Part shown: positions 60,930 to 64,000 of the stretch, piece after piece
How positions within the stretch are numbered: position 1 is the stretch's first letter
How the letters are laid out: every line of letters begins with the position of its first letter
Source of the DNA: Cenococcum geophilum
Lineage: Eukaryota
Direction: 5' to 3'
Assembly (NCBI GenBank): GCA_050273025.1
Contig: CP158635.1
Span: 9,424,001-9,488,000, forward strand
DNA length: 64,000 nucleotides
Position numbers and translations under genes: made by a program
Notes under the pieces: model-generated
Database searches by the model: none
What the model was told of the DNA's origin: nothing
What the model saw: the letters and a program-made list of their open reading frames with translations, nothing else

Positions 60930-63900
60930 TGTAACGGAACCTTGTAGCAAGAACTACGATAGGCTTATTATTATGCTAGGTATATAGGTAAAGGAATTAA
61001 AGTTAACAACGTAATAATAACTGGTGGAGTGGTTGCTTAACAGATTAACTCTAATTATATTCTAAGAATTACTACAAGGAAAGAACTATCTAGGTAGGGA
61101 CTAAGGGTCCTTAAATACACAACTATACTCCTATAAAATCCTCCTTATACGTAATATACGTCTTATATATAAGGTACGTAAGTTTCTCTTATATCTTTTA
61201 TTTAATACGTAGTACGTTATATAACCTTAGTTACTATTCCTCATTACATAGTTCTATTGGCTCTATCTTAGACCGTGCTTTAATTAACTAACTAGCTTCT
61301 TCCGACTCTTCCCTAAGTAGTTATAATATTATACTTAAAGCGTCCATAACACTATCTCCCTCCTTTTTATTTTCGTCCTTAAAGATTTAAAATATCTCTA
61401 AGTTATTTACTAGAGGTATAATGTCCGTTTAATTAATTTGGTTAATATTATTACTTATTATACTTAAAGTCTCTTCTTCTACACACGCCCAACGTCGTGC
61501 TCGCACTATTACTGCAATATTATCGCTTAGTGAAATTATACTATCTCTATATTCTTGTTACGTAAAAGAGGGGTTAGTTTATATTATATTAGTAAGTCTA
61601 TCCTTCTAATAACCATTCTTTTACTTAGAGTGCACTAAAGCGAATATTTATTTATCCTATAACGTTCGCTTTATCTCTAATACTAAGTATATATAACCTA
61701 TTACCCTTAATAGTCGCCTAGTTCCCTAATTAATTTATCTTAGGGTCTTGTGTTTAATCTGCTACTACGTAGCTAAATAGTAAACTAGCTTAGGCTCTTG
61801 CTAAGCTAAAACGTTCCCATAACGTAGAGTAGAAGGCTCTTAAAGCCTATATCGCGGCGTCCGCTTAATTACTCCGTCTTAAGAAGGTTTATAAAAAGGT
61901 CCGTTTTAAAAAGTAGAAACTTATAAAATATGGTCTGTAGGAACTTAGTAATAAAAAAATAGATTCTTTTCTAGTTAAGAAGAAAACAGATCTAAGTAAT
62001 TCGGCAACTGCTTTTCTTAAGTCCCCCTTAGGTAACTCGTTCTTTAGCAATCCTTCTTTATTAATACTGCCTGACCTAATTTCTTCCGATACTTCTATAC
62101 CTTTCCTATAGTATTTTTTAAATTCTTTAGTAGTTCCTAGGTATTCTTATTATAGCCTATCTACTTTACCTTATACTATATTTTGTTATCGATGTCCTTA
62201 TAACTAATAATCTTTAAAACTTGTTATTTGTCTTCTTCTTATCCTCTATATATATCTACTTTATAAATTAGTGGCTTAATATTCCCGTATACTAGCTCTA
62301 GTATTGCAATATACTATATAGGGTAGATTTTTATTTTAGCTAGTAGGTTTAACCCAAACGTAACTAGTAAAATCCTTTAAATAATTTCAAAAGGTCCTAG
62401 TCTAATATAGTTTAACTTCTTACTTAGTCGTTAACTCTTGAAATTTTTATATAGTAGCTATACTTTATCTCCCTCCTTAAGATCTAGTCCCTTAGATCTC
62501 TTAGCGTTATAATACCTTTTTATTCTTTCTTATACCACCTTTACTAATTCTATAAGGTCTGCATAAAGATTTATTAATATCTTTATTCTTTCTTTAGCTA
62601 TGCTACTTATCTTCTTTACTTATTATAGTAATAACAATATTCTTAGCTTATATCCATAATTTGCTTTAAATAGTAATATACCTATTCCTTCTTAAGGTGT
62701 TACATTATATATAAACTATATAACTAGTAATAATAATACCTAATTATTCTATACGTAATTAATATAATATTTTAGATACTGCTTTAGTATTTAGTTTAAT
62801 CTTTTTATTTAACCGTCTATTTGCGGATAATATACGGTAAAAGTTATTACTCTAACTCCTTATTCCGCTAAAAATACCTCCTAAAATACTACTATAAATC
62901 TTAGATCTCTGTCCGATATAATCTTACTTAGTGCTCCGTGTCTTATAAATACTTCTTTAATATAGATTCTAGCGACATCTTCTACTAATATCTCTTCTAT
63001 ATATGCTATAAAGTATCCCCACTTTATAAGCTTGTCTACTATTACTAAGATTGCGTTATAATCTTGTTCTATAATAGGGTCTCTTAACTTTAATAACTTA
63101 ATAATAAAGTCCTATAATATAACCTCCTATAGTCTCTCTGGTATCTTAATAGGTTATAGCCCTCTATATAGCTTATACCTCGTTAGTTTATTTCTCTAGT
63201 AATCTAAATATTCCTTTATAACTTTTTACGCTAAGCCCTAAATTCTATTAATAATATACTCCTTTTAGAGTCTTAACACTAAGCCTCTAGCTCCGTTATA
63301 TCCTTAAGTTAATCCCTTATAGAACTCTTCTATAAATTGCTCTGCTATGCTTCTTAAGATATACTTTACTTCTCAATTTTTATATATATCCGTTTATAGA
63401 TCTTTTAGCTGTGCTTTTAGAATCCTTTATACCTAAAAGCTTTTTAGTAACTTATAAACTCTCTCTAGTTCTTCTTAAGTTACTATAATCTTTAAATAAT
63501 TATACCTAATTAATCTATCTATATCTTTTCGCAGTAAAGCCCCTAATAGCTTTTTATTATTTTATAGTTTAGCTTTTTAACTTAGAGCATCTGCTTATAT
63601 ATTATCCGTACCCTTAGTATACTAAATCTTAAAATGGTATTCTGTAAGTATTTCTGCCCATCTAACCTATCTTTAATTAAGTTCCTTTGTTATTAGGAAT
63701 CCTATTAGGTTCTTATAATCTATTTTAACTATAAATAGTTTCTCTATACCTTATAAGAATGCTCTCTATTCCTTTAATGCTATAACTATACCTAATAACT
63801 CCTTATTATAAATGTTATAGTTTAACTCTAGTAGTATTATCTTCCAACTATAGTATACCACTAGGTGCCATCCGTCTAGATACCTCTATATAAAATACGC

Positions 63901-64000
63901 CCCTAGTATATAATCTAATACATCTATTTCTATAACTATCTCTAGTCCTAGTTAATAGATTTTAAGAACTAGCTCCTAGGTAAACAATTCTTTAACTTAT
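60930..64000 (-). mobile_element. Ty3/gypsy family A, copy A4 (3' LTR, chromodomain, integrase, RNase H; continues right of the window)
   Basis: LTR 60930-61351 (TGTAACGG...TAACA). Internal sequence is colinear with A3 38695-41345. Confidence 0.93.

Noticed and set aside
1..64000. Alternative genetic code or organellar DNA explaining the in-frame TAA/TAG
   Set aside because: Stops fall at Gln/Trp codons, differ between paralogous copies and accompany window-wide CpA/TpG loss, which is RIP.

Overview
This is eukaryotic DNA from a filamentous ascomycete: a transposon graveyard saturated by repeat-induced point mutation (RIP; CpA>TpA and TpG>TpA changes turn Gln/Trp codons into stops). Almost the whole window resolves into nested mobile elements with readable termini and target-site duplications (TSDs). 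It contains four copies of a minus-strand Ty3/gypsy chromovirus (family A), two Ty1/copia copies (B), two of a second chromovirus (C), and one ~10.6-kb non-chromovirus Ty3/gypsy element (D). There are also Tc1-like, pogo/Fot1, hAT, MULE-like, Harbinger-like and CCC-terminal DNA elements, two ORF1-only LINE-like retroposons, solo LTRs, satellites and one intron-containing tRNA gene. The best candidate for a new system is element D. Between pol and its 3' LTR it carries a third, uninterrupted-frame ORF (~950 codons) that, with RIP reversed by hand, encodes a PhyH-like 2-oxoglutarate/Fe(II) dioxygenase (HxD...H...R). Second is a spliced GIY-YIG nuclease gene in a RIP-poor island, broken by one CAA>TAA change. 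Protein calls inside RIP-mutated elements come from manual de-RIPing; no database searches were run.
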